From the human T2T-CHM13v2.0 reference genome, Homo sapiens, in the NCBI RefSeq assembly GCF_009914755.1, contig NC_060927.1: DNA of 64,000 bases, one strand, 5' to 3'. Below are positions 48,086 through 64,000 of the stretch, in pieces (position 1 is the first letter of the stretch; every line of letters begins with the position of its first letter). Under the pieces are notes generated by a model. That model was not told the origin of the DNA. It was given only the letters and a program-made list of their open reading frames with translations, and made no database searches. Made by a program: the position numbers and the translations under genes.

Positions 48086-49451
48086 AAATTATAAATACAT
48101 TTTATCAGAAATTTGATTAATAAATCAAATACTAAATATAAAATATGAATATAATTATAGTGAGTCCATTTCTATTTCATTTCTGTTTCATTTTGAAATG
48201 TTCATGTATAGTCAGATTAACTACTTATGGCAACCACATATTTGTTTCAAATATTGTTGAATGGCACAGACTCCAGTTGAAGAAACATGTGAACAATTAA
48301 ATATTTTGCTGTGACTTTCTGTAACCTATAGAAATAAGTTTGCTAATTAACTTTCTTCATAGTCTTTACCATCTCTATGTTTTAACTTTATTTCCTTATA
48401 GGGAATTTTGAATATAATTTTTATGGGAATGTGACAATAAAATCAATTATATATACTTTCTCATTTCTGCTAAAATGCTTAAATTTTTACAATGTATGTT
48501 TCCTAATTCATTCTATATATTGCTACCAAAATAAAACAATAATATCTGAGAGAGAGAAATCTTAGGTGGGAGAGAGATAATATCAGCTTTAAAAATTGCA
48601 CACTGCTTTCTGAAGAAAAGTCAAAAGGCCTCAGATTAATATTCACGATTTTAAAAATTCACATTCAAACCAACTTTTGCAACTTTTTGCACTCCAACAT
48701 GAAAACTACCTTATCATCAGTGGGATTACACTATTAACAATCTTCTCAAAAATAGTTGAACAGAGAAATTATGAAAAAGTCTGAAAGGCAAAGGAAAAAA
48801 ATATTCACCAGGGTAACTGTATGTAAAACTATGGTAGTTCTCATTTTGCAAAATTGTGTGACCTGCATGGAGTTCTCAGAGGTTGCTCACTATAGACCAA
48901 TGTACGAACTAGATGTACACCCTTGGATAGTCATGGACTTGTGGTTTCCAGAGTTGTCAGATCAAGTATGGAATACTACATAGAAAATTCACTTTAAATT
49001 AGATCATTCTTTCCACAAGAAACTCATGTGACATCGGTACATCTATTACAAGTTTAATTTGGCAAGCTTGTATATGATTTCTAAAGGAATCTAACGGAAT
49101 ACTTTTAGAGTGAGCATGGTAAGATAGGAGAGGGATGGGAAGGAGGTGGGAGACATACGTTTTATAATACCATCTCCACAAGTGACTAAGTGTTACCTTT
49201 GAAGAACTTACATTTGGCATTTAATGACTTTAGTTTTCCCCATACTTTTTAACTACTAAATAGCAGTTAATTTAAATCTGAGTTTCCAAATTCAACTCCT
49301 TGAAGCAAATGCACAACTGATTTGACTGTATATAAGCATGACTTGGAGAGCTTGTTAAAAAGGTGAATTTCTAGAACTCATTTAACCATGCCTAACATTT
49401 TGACTAAATAGTTCTAGTAAGAGGTCTGTGAATTTTCAATAAGAAATTCTG

Positions 49452-49781
<330 letters not shown>

Positions 49782-50449
49782 TCATAAAACTGAGAAATGC
49801 CTTCTAAGATTCTATCTGTATGTCTCACAATTAAGGTTGAATGATGAGGTTCCAAGGTTCTTAAGTTTCTCATTTGTCTATCTTGCATACTGGGTTGTCT
49901 AAGTGTTTTCCTAAATGCATGAATTGAACTTTGAATCTGACATTTTATACCACTTTCAGACATAAAAGAAAATTTTGAAAAGCAGTTATCCAAATGACTA
50001 TTTTGTGTAAATTGCTAATTCCCTTTCATTGTTTGGATTACTAATCCATAATGCTGCAGAAACATTAATTTATTGCATGTTTGTTTGAAAGTTAATCATA
50101 TGAAAGATTTCGTTATCTATGCTGTGACCTGAAAGCAAAACGAAAAAGAAGAAAAATAAACGTAACGAACAACTGCAGGGCACATTTTATGTAATAAACT
50201 TCTCTGAAAATGGTAAAGTATGTTGTTTTATTGAAGGAAACACAAATAAGACCAAGTAATTGTCATTTGATCTAAGTGTACATCAGTGACAGTGTTTACA
50301 TTTAATTAAACACATGGAACACAATTTCTTTCACAAACTTATTAGATGCTGAGAAATAGAATTGCCAGTTGGGTATGCAGGGAAGAAATGTGTACCCTAA
50401 GCTTTAATGTACACCTTTAAAGTTTAATGTACACATTTAATGATTTAAA

Positions 50450-50649
50450 TATTAAACTATGGACTTTAAGTGATATTGATGTGTGAGTGTACATTTATCA
50501 GTTGTAACAAATGTATCACTCTTGTGGGAGACCTTGATAACTGGGGAGTCTATGCATGTTTGGGGACAGGAGGTATATGGGCTTCCTCCTCTAAATATTA
50601 CTGTGAACCCAAAAACTGCTTTAAAAAATAAAGTCTATTAAAAAAAAAA
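50450..50649 (+). mobile_element. L1MC1-like 3' end
   Basis: aaactatggacttt..gtgat...atcagttgtaacaaatgta.cactct...ctgtgaacc.aaaactgct.taaaaaataaagtctattaaaaa. Confidence 0.75.
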
Positions 50650-50670
50650 GTGTACATTAAAAGAAAAGCT

Positions 50671-51028
<358 letters not shown>

Positions 51029-52367
51029 TTAAAATTAAATTAATTTAGACTTAAAACAATTATTTTCTAGAACTATAATTTTAAAATGTAGAAAATATCT
51101 GTAGTGAATTATTTGACTATCTTACTAAGTAGATGAAAATAATTTTTAGAATAGTTTCAATATTCACCGTTTTTACATCAAATGATTAAAATTAGTGTTT
51201 GAATATATCCTTGTGTAATTCCTAAATCATGCATATCTAAACAAAGCTTGGTATTTCACTGCCTACTCTGCTTCCCCTGCAGTCTTCTTTTCATTCACAT
51301 AGATGGAGAGCTACCTAGCTAGACATATATACAGAAATAAATATAGGTAAATTTTGTTATTCATAGATGTCCATATTCACTTATATTGTGATTTTGTTTT
51401 CATTTGTGTGTTTGTACTTACAAAATCATGTTTGTGTGTATATATATATCTCTAAAAGTCTATGATATGTTTTGCTTACTACCTATAAATCTGTGCTGCT
51501 CCATTTTGTATTTAATAGCTGTGTAGTATTTCATAGTACAGATTAAAATCAAGCAAAGTGGGAATCATGTGCCTTTCCTTTTCAAATTAGTTTTTAGTCC
51601 ATATACTAAGTGTCACTAAGAATTCTACCCTGAGTTGTTTTCAGTTCTTACTTTCAGCCTTGTATCCTCCATAGTGAATTACTATACTTCTGTGTTTTCT
51701 CAGTCACATATATTTAAAATAGTTTTTATTGTTTATTAATCTTGACTTTGCATTTATTTCATTCATACAAAATGATATAGCTTAACACAGTAATTCAAAA
51801 CTTTTTAGTTTATATTTAGTACTGAAAAGTAGGAATCAGTGTATAATGATTTCACTATTTTAAAATTTATTTTGTTGCATTAGCTATATTATCATATTTT
51901 ATGCTGTAGGTACAAGTAGTATGACATTCAATATTGAATTAGGGCAGTAAAAATAGAAAAATTCAAATAATTATAGCTAAAGTTAAAAGGCAAAAATACA
52001 TAACTTTACTAGTTTGTAAAATGCCTTAAAATATTATAATTTTATTTATAATGGGATTTCATTCTTCATATTAAATACCTCTATCAAAATAGTATCAACC
52101 CCTAAATCATGGCAGAATCAAATCTTATTTAATTTTAATTTTGAGGATTCTCAGTTTTTCTGTTCATTTTTCTCAAATATTCAAATTTATTTGCCACATA
52201 TGAGAATGGCTGTATTTTGACAGAACATAATTATAAACTACTACATTGATTTATTATGTTTCAAATCTTCTTATAGTGATATAAAAATAAACTGAAATCA
52301 GTATTCAAGTGAAATTTTTAACATGAGATATCAACACATGAAAACTGCTTTCTAAGAATAATTTCTC

Positions 52368-56399
<4,032 letters not shown>

Positions 56400-56666
56400 G
56401 AAGCCAGATGCAAAAGAATACATGCTCTGTAATTTCACTTATATGAAGTTCAAGAACAGACCGAACTAATCTACAAAGACAGGTATTCATAACAGTGACT
56501 GCCTCAGGTTGGGAGTGGGATTTGGGGATTAACGTGATTGGCAGACAGGGGAACTTTCAGGGGTCCTGGGAATATTTTATATCTTAATTGGGATAGTGAT
56601 TATGTGTTTATGTATTTACCAAAACACATTGAATTATGCAAATAAAATCTATGTATTTAATGAAAA
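56400..56666 (+). mobile_element. L1ME-type 3'UTR fragment, probably 3'-transduced by the adjacent L1PA
   Basis: agaagccagatgcaaaagaatacatgct.tgtaatttcacttatatgaagttcaagaacag; AATAAA at 56641; TSD-like aagaataattt(c/t)tc at 52354-52367 and 56667-56680. Confidence 0.7.
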
Positions 56667-57169
56667 AAGAATAATTTTTCATAGCATAGGTCTTAAATTA
56701 TTCTTATCTTACTAAGATCATAATATTCTGGTTGTTTGTGGTTGATTTTCTGGGAATTCCCTCCTGCCTCATTTTACTGGCCAAGAATAATGATGACATA
56801 TTATATAAGTTTATATTTTAGAAAAATATAAACTAAGCCTACTGTAAGCTTACTAATTATTAGTAATTCAAAATGAATTAGTGATTCAATAATAAATATG
56901 ATGGGATGGTGAAATTCTTAGTTGGCTCTAATTTAATCCTCAACTTTCTCATTTTATAGAATGCTGTAAAATTTGAACCTTTAGGCATTTATTGATTAGT
57001 TTCTGCCTAATTCAGAATGACGTGGATGTAACTTTAAGCACCTTATTTGTGCCATGTGGCACACTAGAAAGAAGTGTTGGTGTGAAGTCATGGAATGGCC
57101 ATTACTACTATCAGAAAAGAGGAGTTGATACATTCCTGGCTCTGAAGTCAAGAGAAAAATCAGTAAATT

Positions 57170-58051
57170 TTTTTTTTTTTTTTTTTTTTATTGATCATTC
57201 TTGGGTGTTTCTCGCAGAGGGGGATTTGGCAGGGTCACAGGACAATAGTGGAGGGAAGGTCTGCAGATAAACAAGTGAACAAAGGTCTCTGGTTTTCCTA
57301 GGCAGAGGACCCTGCGGCCTTCCGCAGTGTTTGTGTCCCTGGGTACTTGAGATTAGGGAGTGGTGATGACTCTTAAGGAGCATGCTGCCTTCAAGCATCT
57401 GTTTAACAAAGCACATCTTGCACCGCCCTTAATCCATTCAACCCTGAGTGGATACAGCACATGTTTCAGAGAGCACAGGGTTGGGGGTAAGGTCGCAGAT
57501 CAACAGGATCCCAAGGCAGAAGAATTTTTCTTAGTACAGAACAAAATGAAAAGTCTCCCATGTCTACCTCTTTCTACACAGACACGGCAACCATCCGATT
57601 TCTCAGTCTTTTCCCCACCTTTCCCCCCTTTCTATTCCACAAAACCGCCATTGTCATCATGGCCCGTTCTCAATGAGCTGTTGGGTACACCTCCCAGACG
57701 GGGTGGTGGCCGGGCAGAGGGGCTCCTCACTTCCCAGTAGGGGCGGCCGGGCAGAGGCGCCCCTCACCTCCCGGACGGGGCGGCTGGCCGGGCGGGGGGC
57801 TGACCGCCCCACCTCCCTCAGCCCCCCGCCCGGCCAGCCAGGGGGCTGACCCCCCCACTTCCCTCAGCCCCCCGCCCGGCCAGCCAGGGGGCTGACCCCC
57901 CCACCTCCCTCAGCCCCCCGCCCGGCCAGCCACCCCGTCCGGGAGGTGAGGGGCGCCTCTGCCCAGCCGCCCCTACAGGGAAGTGAGGAGCCCCTCTGCC
58001 CGGCCAGCCGCCCGGTCCAGGAGGGAGGTGGGGGGGGTCAGCCCCCCGCCC
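57170..58051 (-). mobile_element. 5'-truncated SVA (SVA_D-like): poly-A, SINE-R, partial VNTR with terminal inversion
   Basis: tttattgatcattcttgggtgtttctcgcagagggggatttggcagggtca is the SVA 3' end; perfect 16-bp TSD gaaaaatcagtaaatt at 57154-57169 and 58052-58067. Confidence 0.97.
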
Positions 58052-59059
58052 GAAAAATCAGTAAATTAACAAGGTATAATAAGAAACACAGGCATCATGA
58101 TTGTTGGTGATACATAAATAGTGAATAGAGATGGTCATACATTTTCTCCAGCCTTAGCTATGTATAACTAAAATCTTTATGTATCTTACTATGAAATACC
58201 CCAATTTTCATATTTTTGGAGTGCTTTCTTTGTAAAGCAATCATGAAATATTAGACAACTGACCTATTTTAATTTTTCTAACTTCTGTAACAGTGTAAGG
58301 AAAATATTGTCCATTATCTTGAATTTCTGTAATATGGTGGATTGATTCAAACTTCTCCAAGAGGATGCCTCAAGATATTGCAGGAATGACTTGAAAAATA
58401 TCTAAGAGACACATTAGCTTTCCAATTCATTTTACTTAGGGAAAGAGAAGCCTGTGTTTAAAAAGTTTATTTTCTAATTCTACTAATTATGTGACAGTGG
58501 AGAATAACAATGAACTGCCCTTACAGATTTCAAGACAGACAAAGAACTTTATTTCAGCAGCTTCCTCTGTAGTACACAAGCAAAAGACAGATATTGGAGA
58601 GTTTATTTGGCTCAGAAAAGTTGTCTGCCAAGATGAAGACAGACTAAAACAATTCATGCAATTAGCAAAATTTTGAAAAATATGAATAATTACATCTCAG
58701 AGAAGAAAATTTTATGACCAGATTTACATCTTCCTTGACATGGATAGCAGGAATACCAGATGTCTTCCCTGTGGGGGTAAAATTACCCCATCAGTAGCTC
58801 TAGTTACTCTGTTATTTCAGGACTAAGAAACATGAATAACAGATAGATATTAACCATTTGCATTTGTTTTATCGGATGCTACCTCAGTTTCTTCTTATAA
58901 AAATATTTGTAATCTACTATGCTATTTTAAGAGCAACTCAAAGACTTTTCTATAGCTTTGGAACAACTAAATAAACCAGAACTTGGAGCAATAGCAAATG
59001 TTGCATTTCAGCAGCATGATAAATAATGAATAGGTCATTAAAATACCACCGATCACATC

Positions 59060-59260
59060 TCTTCATCCGGCTTCATAATACAAGAGCAAAGGGACACATA
59101 ATGCTAACGACTTATAGGAAATTTAAAACTCCTAAAAGGAAATAGAGTGTATAAATGAGCACAGTATTATAAATCTTTAGAGCTTACAGCCATGTGGGAA
59201 ATCAATGAGACTAGTTGTTCAGAGAGATTTAAAAGGGACTTGCAAGTTCCTTGAGAGCTG
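59060..59260 (+). mobile_element. Possible ancient CR1/L3-clade LINE ORF2 C-terminal relic
   Basis: Translates NTRAKGH...KFKTPKRK from 59077 and later RFKRDL, matching the CR1 TRGH...F.T..RK...FK..LD pattern. Confidence 0.5.
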
Positions 59261-60169
59261 CAAGAGTAAATCAACAATTTGAGCAACAGTATCACAAAAA
59301 AAGTAATCCCAGTCCTTAAGCTCCAGGTTATCACCTGATAACTGAAAGAGGAAAGAGGGAGGTTGGTATCCCCTAGTCAATTGTAAATGAAAAGAATTAA
59401 AGGCGAGAAGACAATGAATTTTTGAAAGCTTCATATTTAATTCAAAACTGAATTTATTGATTTTTTTTTCAGTAAGTACTTTAAAATCTCTAATCTACTC
59501 TTCATGGGACCCATGAGACATATTACTTTGACATCAAGTTATTTCTTATAAAATTTGCCTAATCCTTTATTTAAATCCAAAATGCAAAGTAAAATCCTCC
59601 AGATATAAACATCTAACATAGCATAGCAGCAAATATTTTGAGGGGGGAAAGAATGATGAAAGAAATTCAGTCTCATGAAGTTTTAGTTTTTGCCTTAAAC
59701 TTTAATCAACAGAGAGCATGGATTCAAAGACAAAGCATGGTTTTACAAATGTCAGTTATAAATGGCTGGAGAAAGGCTGATGTGTGAAAAAAATTCATTT
59801 TTTTGAGCAGAAGATAAAACAATATAATTATCTTTGAAATGTTTGAGAAAACGGTCATAGAATGTATAAGATACATCTAAACTTCATAAATAAGAAATAA
59901 GCATCCATATTATATTAAATCATTTTCCATTTAATTCAATAAGATATTATTAGAATATTTTCTTCATATACAATAAATCTATGCAACTACAGTTGCATTT
60001 GTAAAATGTAATATAGAATCACATACAATAAAATTCATTACAATTATATATTTTCCATTAATCTTAGGGCTTTCAAAAATTATGCAGTTCTAGTTTTTAA
60101 AAGTGCTAATCATATTCTTAGATACTGAAAATTTATGAGTTGAAATGTTTATGAAATAAATTTTACCTG

Positions 60170-60483
60170 GGGAGTTGTGGCTCATGCCTGTAATCCCAAC
60201 ACTAATGAGGAAGGCCAAAGTGGGAGGAACACTTGAGCCCAGGAGTTCCAGACCAGCCTGAGCAACACAGTGAGACTCCGTCTCTCCAAAAAATAAAAAA
60301 CTTAGCCAGGTGTGGTGGCATGTGCCTGTGGTCCCAGCTACTTGGGAGCCTTACGTGGGAAGATGGCTTGAGCCTGGGCAGTAGAGAGAAACTGCAGTGA
60401 GCTGTGATTGTACCACTGCACTCCAGTCTGGGCAGCATAGTGAGACCCTGTCTCAAAAACAAAAAACAAAAACAAAAAAAATG
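60170..60483 (+). mobile_element. AluJ, full length
   Basis: cttgagcccaggagttc and gcagtgagctgtgattgtaccactgc; TSD aata(a/c)attttacctg at 60155-60169 and 60484-60498. Confidence 0.93.
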
Positions 60484-61210
60484 AATACATTTTACCTGAC
60501 TTCCAAAAATATGACTATCTTCTTCCTATCAGAAATGTGCATGTATTTGTGTGTTTAATTGAAGAGGATTACACATACTCCTATTTCAACAGTGCCCATA
60601 TTTCCAATATTTTTTCTGCACTAATACTTATATTGATTTTTATCAAAGTGCTCACTGTCTCCAACCAATGCCACCTTCTCTTGAGGTTGAGGCAATAGTG
60701 AGTCAGAGATTTCTTCTGTGGCTCTAAAACTTGTTAGGCGTGACACCAAGCAATAAAACTTACTTTATACGGTTTTGTTGTAAGAGCTAAAGAAATAAAC
60801 TTATCATAATGTAATTATTTTTGTAAAAAAGCTCTTTTTACCTGCCTACCCGAATAGCTGAAGATCAGATTTAAATTTTCTGTATTTAAAATTCAATTTT
60901 TAAAAATCATTTGGTTTTCCTTTATCATAAGAACCTCACCTTTCTTTGCTTTTTTTAAATTTTTGATAACTTTTAAAAACAAATACAAGCTCAAATTCCA
61001 ACAAAGTTATTGCTAAAGTTAGTGTGTGCTAAATCCTATCTAGGAAATATTTTAAATTTATGTTGGTGTCAACATATGTTTTATTTAACAATTCCCCTAT
61101 TGAGAGGCATTTTCTTTCTCATAATTGAAAATCATGCAACCAAGCATCATTTTATAGATTATAAATTTCCCCTTCTACATACATATATGTTTTCTTAAAA
61201 ATAGACTCTC

Positions 61211-61508
61211 AGCCCGGCAAGGTGGCTCATGCCTGTAATCCTAGCACTTTGGGAGGCCGAGGCAGGCAGATCATGAGGTCAGGAGATCAAGACCAGCCTG
61301 ACCAACATGGTGAAACCCTGTCTCTACTAAAAATAGAAAAATTAGCTGGGCATGATGGTATGGACCTGTAATCCCAGCTACTCAGGAGACTGAGGAAAGA
61401 GAATCGCTTGAACCCGGGAGGCGGAGGTTACAGTGAGCCAAGATCATGCCACTGCACTCCAGTCTGGGTGACAGAGCAAGACTCTGTCTCAAAAAAAAAA
61501 AAAAAAAA
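61211..61508 (+). mobile_element. AluS, full length
   Basis: Full Alu; TSD ending agactctc on both sides. Confidence 0.94.
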
Positions 61509-61699
61509 AGACTCTCGAAAGTATCACTTCTGAATCAAACTGTCATAACATTTTTAGTTTACAAGTCATAGAAAAATTGCTTTTCATAGTCATTATACCT
61601 ATTTACCCTTTAACTCACGAATTCTCCAAAAGTTCTAAGCTTTATGAGTTATTTTTCACTACAACATGTCATGGGAGTTGGAAAATGTAGATGTAGACA

Positions 61700-62290
61700 T
61701 TCTGGCAATGAAAATACTTTGTCAGTTATTTGCAAGGAAGGTTTATTTCCTTTCCCAAATTTATTTATGCAAACAGTGTTGTATTTATATCGGTATGAAC
61801 TCATGGATATTTCTTCCATATTTTGTGTTATTAACCAGTGATACATGACTTATTGTGTTGCATTTTTTCTGCTTTGCTCGTGGGGAGCTCTTTCAGGTTG
61901 GCCACTATGTTTTTTTCCATGTTCCCATTCTGGTGTTTTTTGAGTACATCTTTACTTTCTGGTACTTCAAAGTGCTTCATGCTCATCTTATGTTTTCCCT
62001 TTCCTGAGGATAAAATCAGTGATTTCTCCAAGAAACACTTGGCCCTTTTCTTAGATATTCGGAAACCAAGATCTTGATGGTTGGGTGTACTTATGGCTCC
62101 TGAGGTGTCACTGCTTCTGAGCCTTCTTTTTGGGCAGAGTGAGGCAATATATTTATGCATATTAACCTACACATAAACACATTTATGATTGCTTTTGTGT
62201 CTAAACATCTGAATATATATTAGGCTACACATAAATTCATACCCATACCTCTGACTCTAATCCTGCCATGTGCTTTTAATTCTTCTCTCT
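61700..62290 (-). mobile_element. L1MC/L1MD 3'UTR fragment
   Basis: gtatgaactcatggatattt; ctttactttctggtac; gctcatctt.tgttttcc; aatcagtgatttctccaaga. Confidence 0.7.
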
Positions 62291-64000
62291 GTTTATTTAT
62301 ATTGAAGGTATATGCATGTGTTTGCACTAAAGTAAGCAAATATTAGAAAGGAGTCATGTACAGAATTCATGGATATTTATGTACTGAATACATAGTTTTA
62401 TTTTAACCTACTCCATTTGCTAATTCCTATTTTACTATAATAAAACCAGAGATTATAGAAAACAGGTGATTAACCATATTAAACATCTATTCAGTGGAAG
62501 AACCAAAATAGCACTTGAATTAAGACAGATACATAAAATGCCGTAACAGCAATGTTTTTACTTTTTTTTTTTTTCAGTTTGGGGAAAATAAACATCTGAC
62601 ATCACCTTTATTTCAAGAGTGTGTGTACGTGGTGACAATGAAGATATAAGAATTGGAAAAGAAATTTGAGAAGTTGAGAGTAATATAAAAGATTGTTACT
62701 TAAAACAATAAATACAAATAAAAGCTGCATTGAATATTTATATCTTAATCTCTTACTAACTAAATGAAGTTAACATATTAAGTTTAAATATTCCTAAGCA
62801 GCATCAATGCCTAAGGAAAGATTTATGGTAATGAAGTGTTGACAGTTTTTTGAAATTGCTTATGTATATGTTAGCTGACATTAACATAAGTAAATTGCTT
62901 CTGTCTGGAATTCACCTTGAAGCCATTTTCGAATATAATAATTCCCTATCCTCTAATATGAAAGTCATATTTAAATAAAAAATGAGAAGAAAACTGTCTG
63001 TTACCCTTGGGTATTCAGTATGTCCCTGGATTTCTAACTATAGCAGATGATAATAATTGTCGTTATATAACCAGTACATACCAAATTCGACACAATTCAA
63101 ACTAGAGACTTAGTCTCATAGTTTCTTTAGTTGCACTGCAGTCTATATTCATATCTGTTCAAATCTAGTCAGTTCCATGTGCCAGTTATTTTTGAAAAAT
63201 AATATCTAGATCTGCTACATTGCTTTTTAAAATTTTTTTTATTTATTTATTTTTTTACAAAGTACCTTTTTCTTAGATTGCTCTGGAAAGCCTACACTTT
63301 TAATATAATTTGTATCCTGAACTTTTAATGCACTGACAGGTAGAATTAGTTGACCTACCATTAGATTGACTTATTTCCTCTGTAGAAAGTTTTATCAGGT
63401 GAGAAGTTTTGGTAATAGAAAAGGTGGCCACATCCTTAATCTGATCTTTTCTCCAGAAAAGGTAATCAACTATAATATTTGATCTCTTACTGTACTTGGT
63501 TTATTTGTATAGATGATTATTTTGGAATTCACCAGCAGAGCACCTTAAAGCCTCCCCTGATACTATCTAAGCTGTCAGTTGTTTCTTCAAGTAAAAATGC
63601 TATTCCATGGAAAAAAAGATTACTTCAACCCTCTACTCAAAATGATAGCACATGTGCTTTTGGATAATCATCGTATGTTCATATACAGCTGAAAGACGTT
63701 TTACATACTTCTGGTTTCATCATACAGAATATTTTTAAAACACGTAGTAACAATCAAGCTTTCATAAAATTAATAAATTGTACCGATTCCTGAAAGACAA
63801 GCTTCAGTGAAACTTTTTTTCCCCTAGGAATACGTGATGGAAAAAAATAACATGACTATCGGTACAGGGTAGTGCCATTGAATTCATGCTAAGGTAACAG
63901 AAGTAATAACCGTCAAAGTAAATGACAATACAGTTGTTCCTGATATACCCTGATATTAAAATCTATCATTAAACTCTTTCAATATAATAGCACAATTTGT

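Noticed and set aside
57195-57740. 126-aa and 73-aa ORFs and a CpG-island-like segment
   Set aside because: They lie within the SVA SINE-R/VNTR, not a gene or native promoter island.
58491-58676. 61-aa ORF in unique sequence
   Set aside because: GTG start, no recognisable homology and no convincing splice sites.

Overview
AT-rich hominid (very probably human) nuclear DNA with no supportable protein-coding gene, RNA gene or CRISPR array. The species call rests on AluJ/S/Y, L1PA elements and an SVA. The window is mostly interspersed repeats: about 14 Alu copies or fragments, several L1s, one SVA, MER52, LTR33 and MLT1 LTRs, MER5 and MER58 DNA transposons, and L2/MIR relics. The long ORFs in the track are L1 ORF2 fragments; the remainder are repeat-derived or short with no recognisable domain. 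I found no new gene system. The interesting signals are unusual retrotransposition and repair structures. (1) An L1PA insertion (52354-56680) has a three-piece rearranged body and a probable 3' transduction, defined by a displaced TSD. (2) A truncated SVA has an inverted VNTR whose inversion junction is triplicated, giving a 96-bp GC-rich inverted repeat. (3) An unidentified antisense mRNA-like fragment with AATAAA sits inside an old L1 between two copies of a 134-bp segment. (4) A 128-bp locally copied segment is bracketed by complementary (CA)19/(TG)20 tracts. (5) There is a ~386-bp tandem duplication. (6) There are possible ancient CR1 and RTE LINE relics. Subfamily names come from my memory of consensus sequences, not from a database search. 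Boundaries of old elements are approximate.
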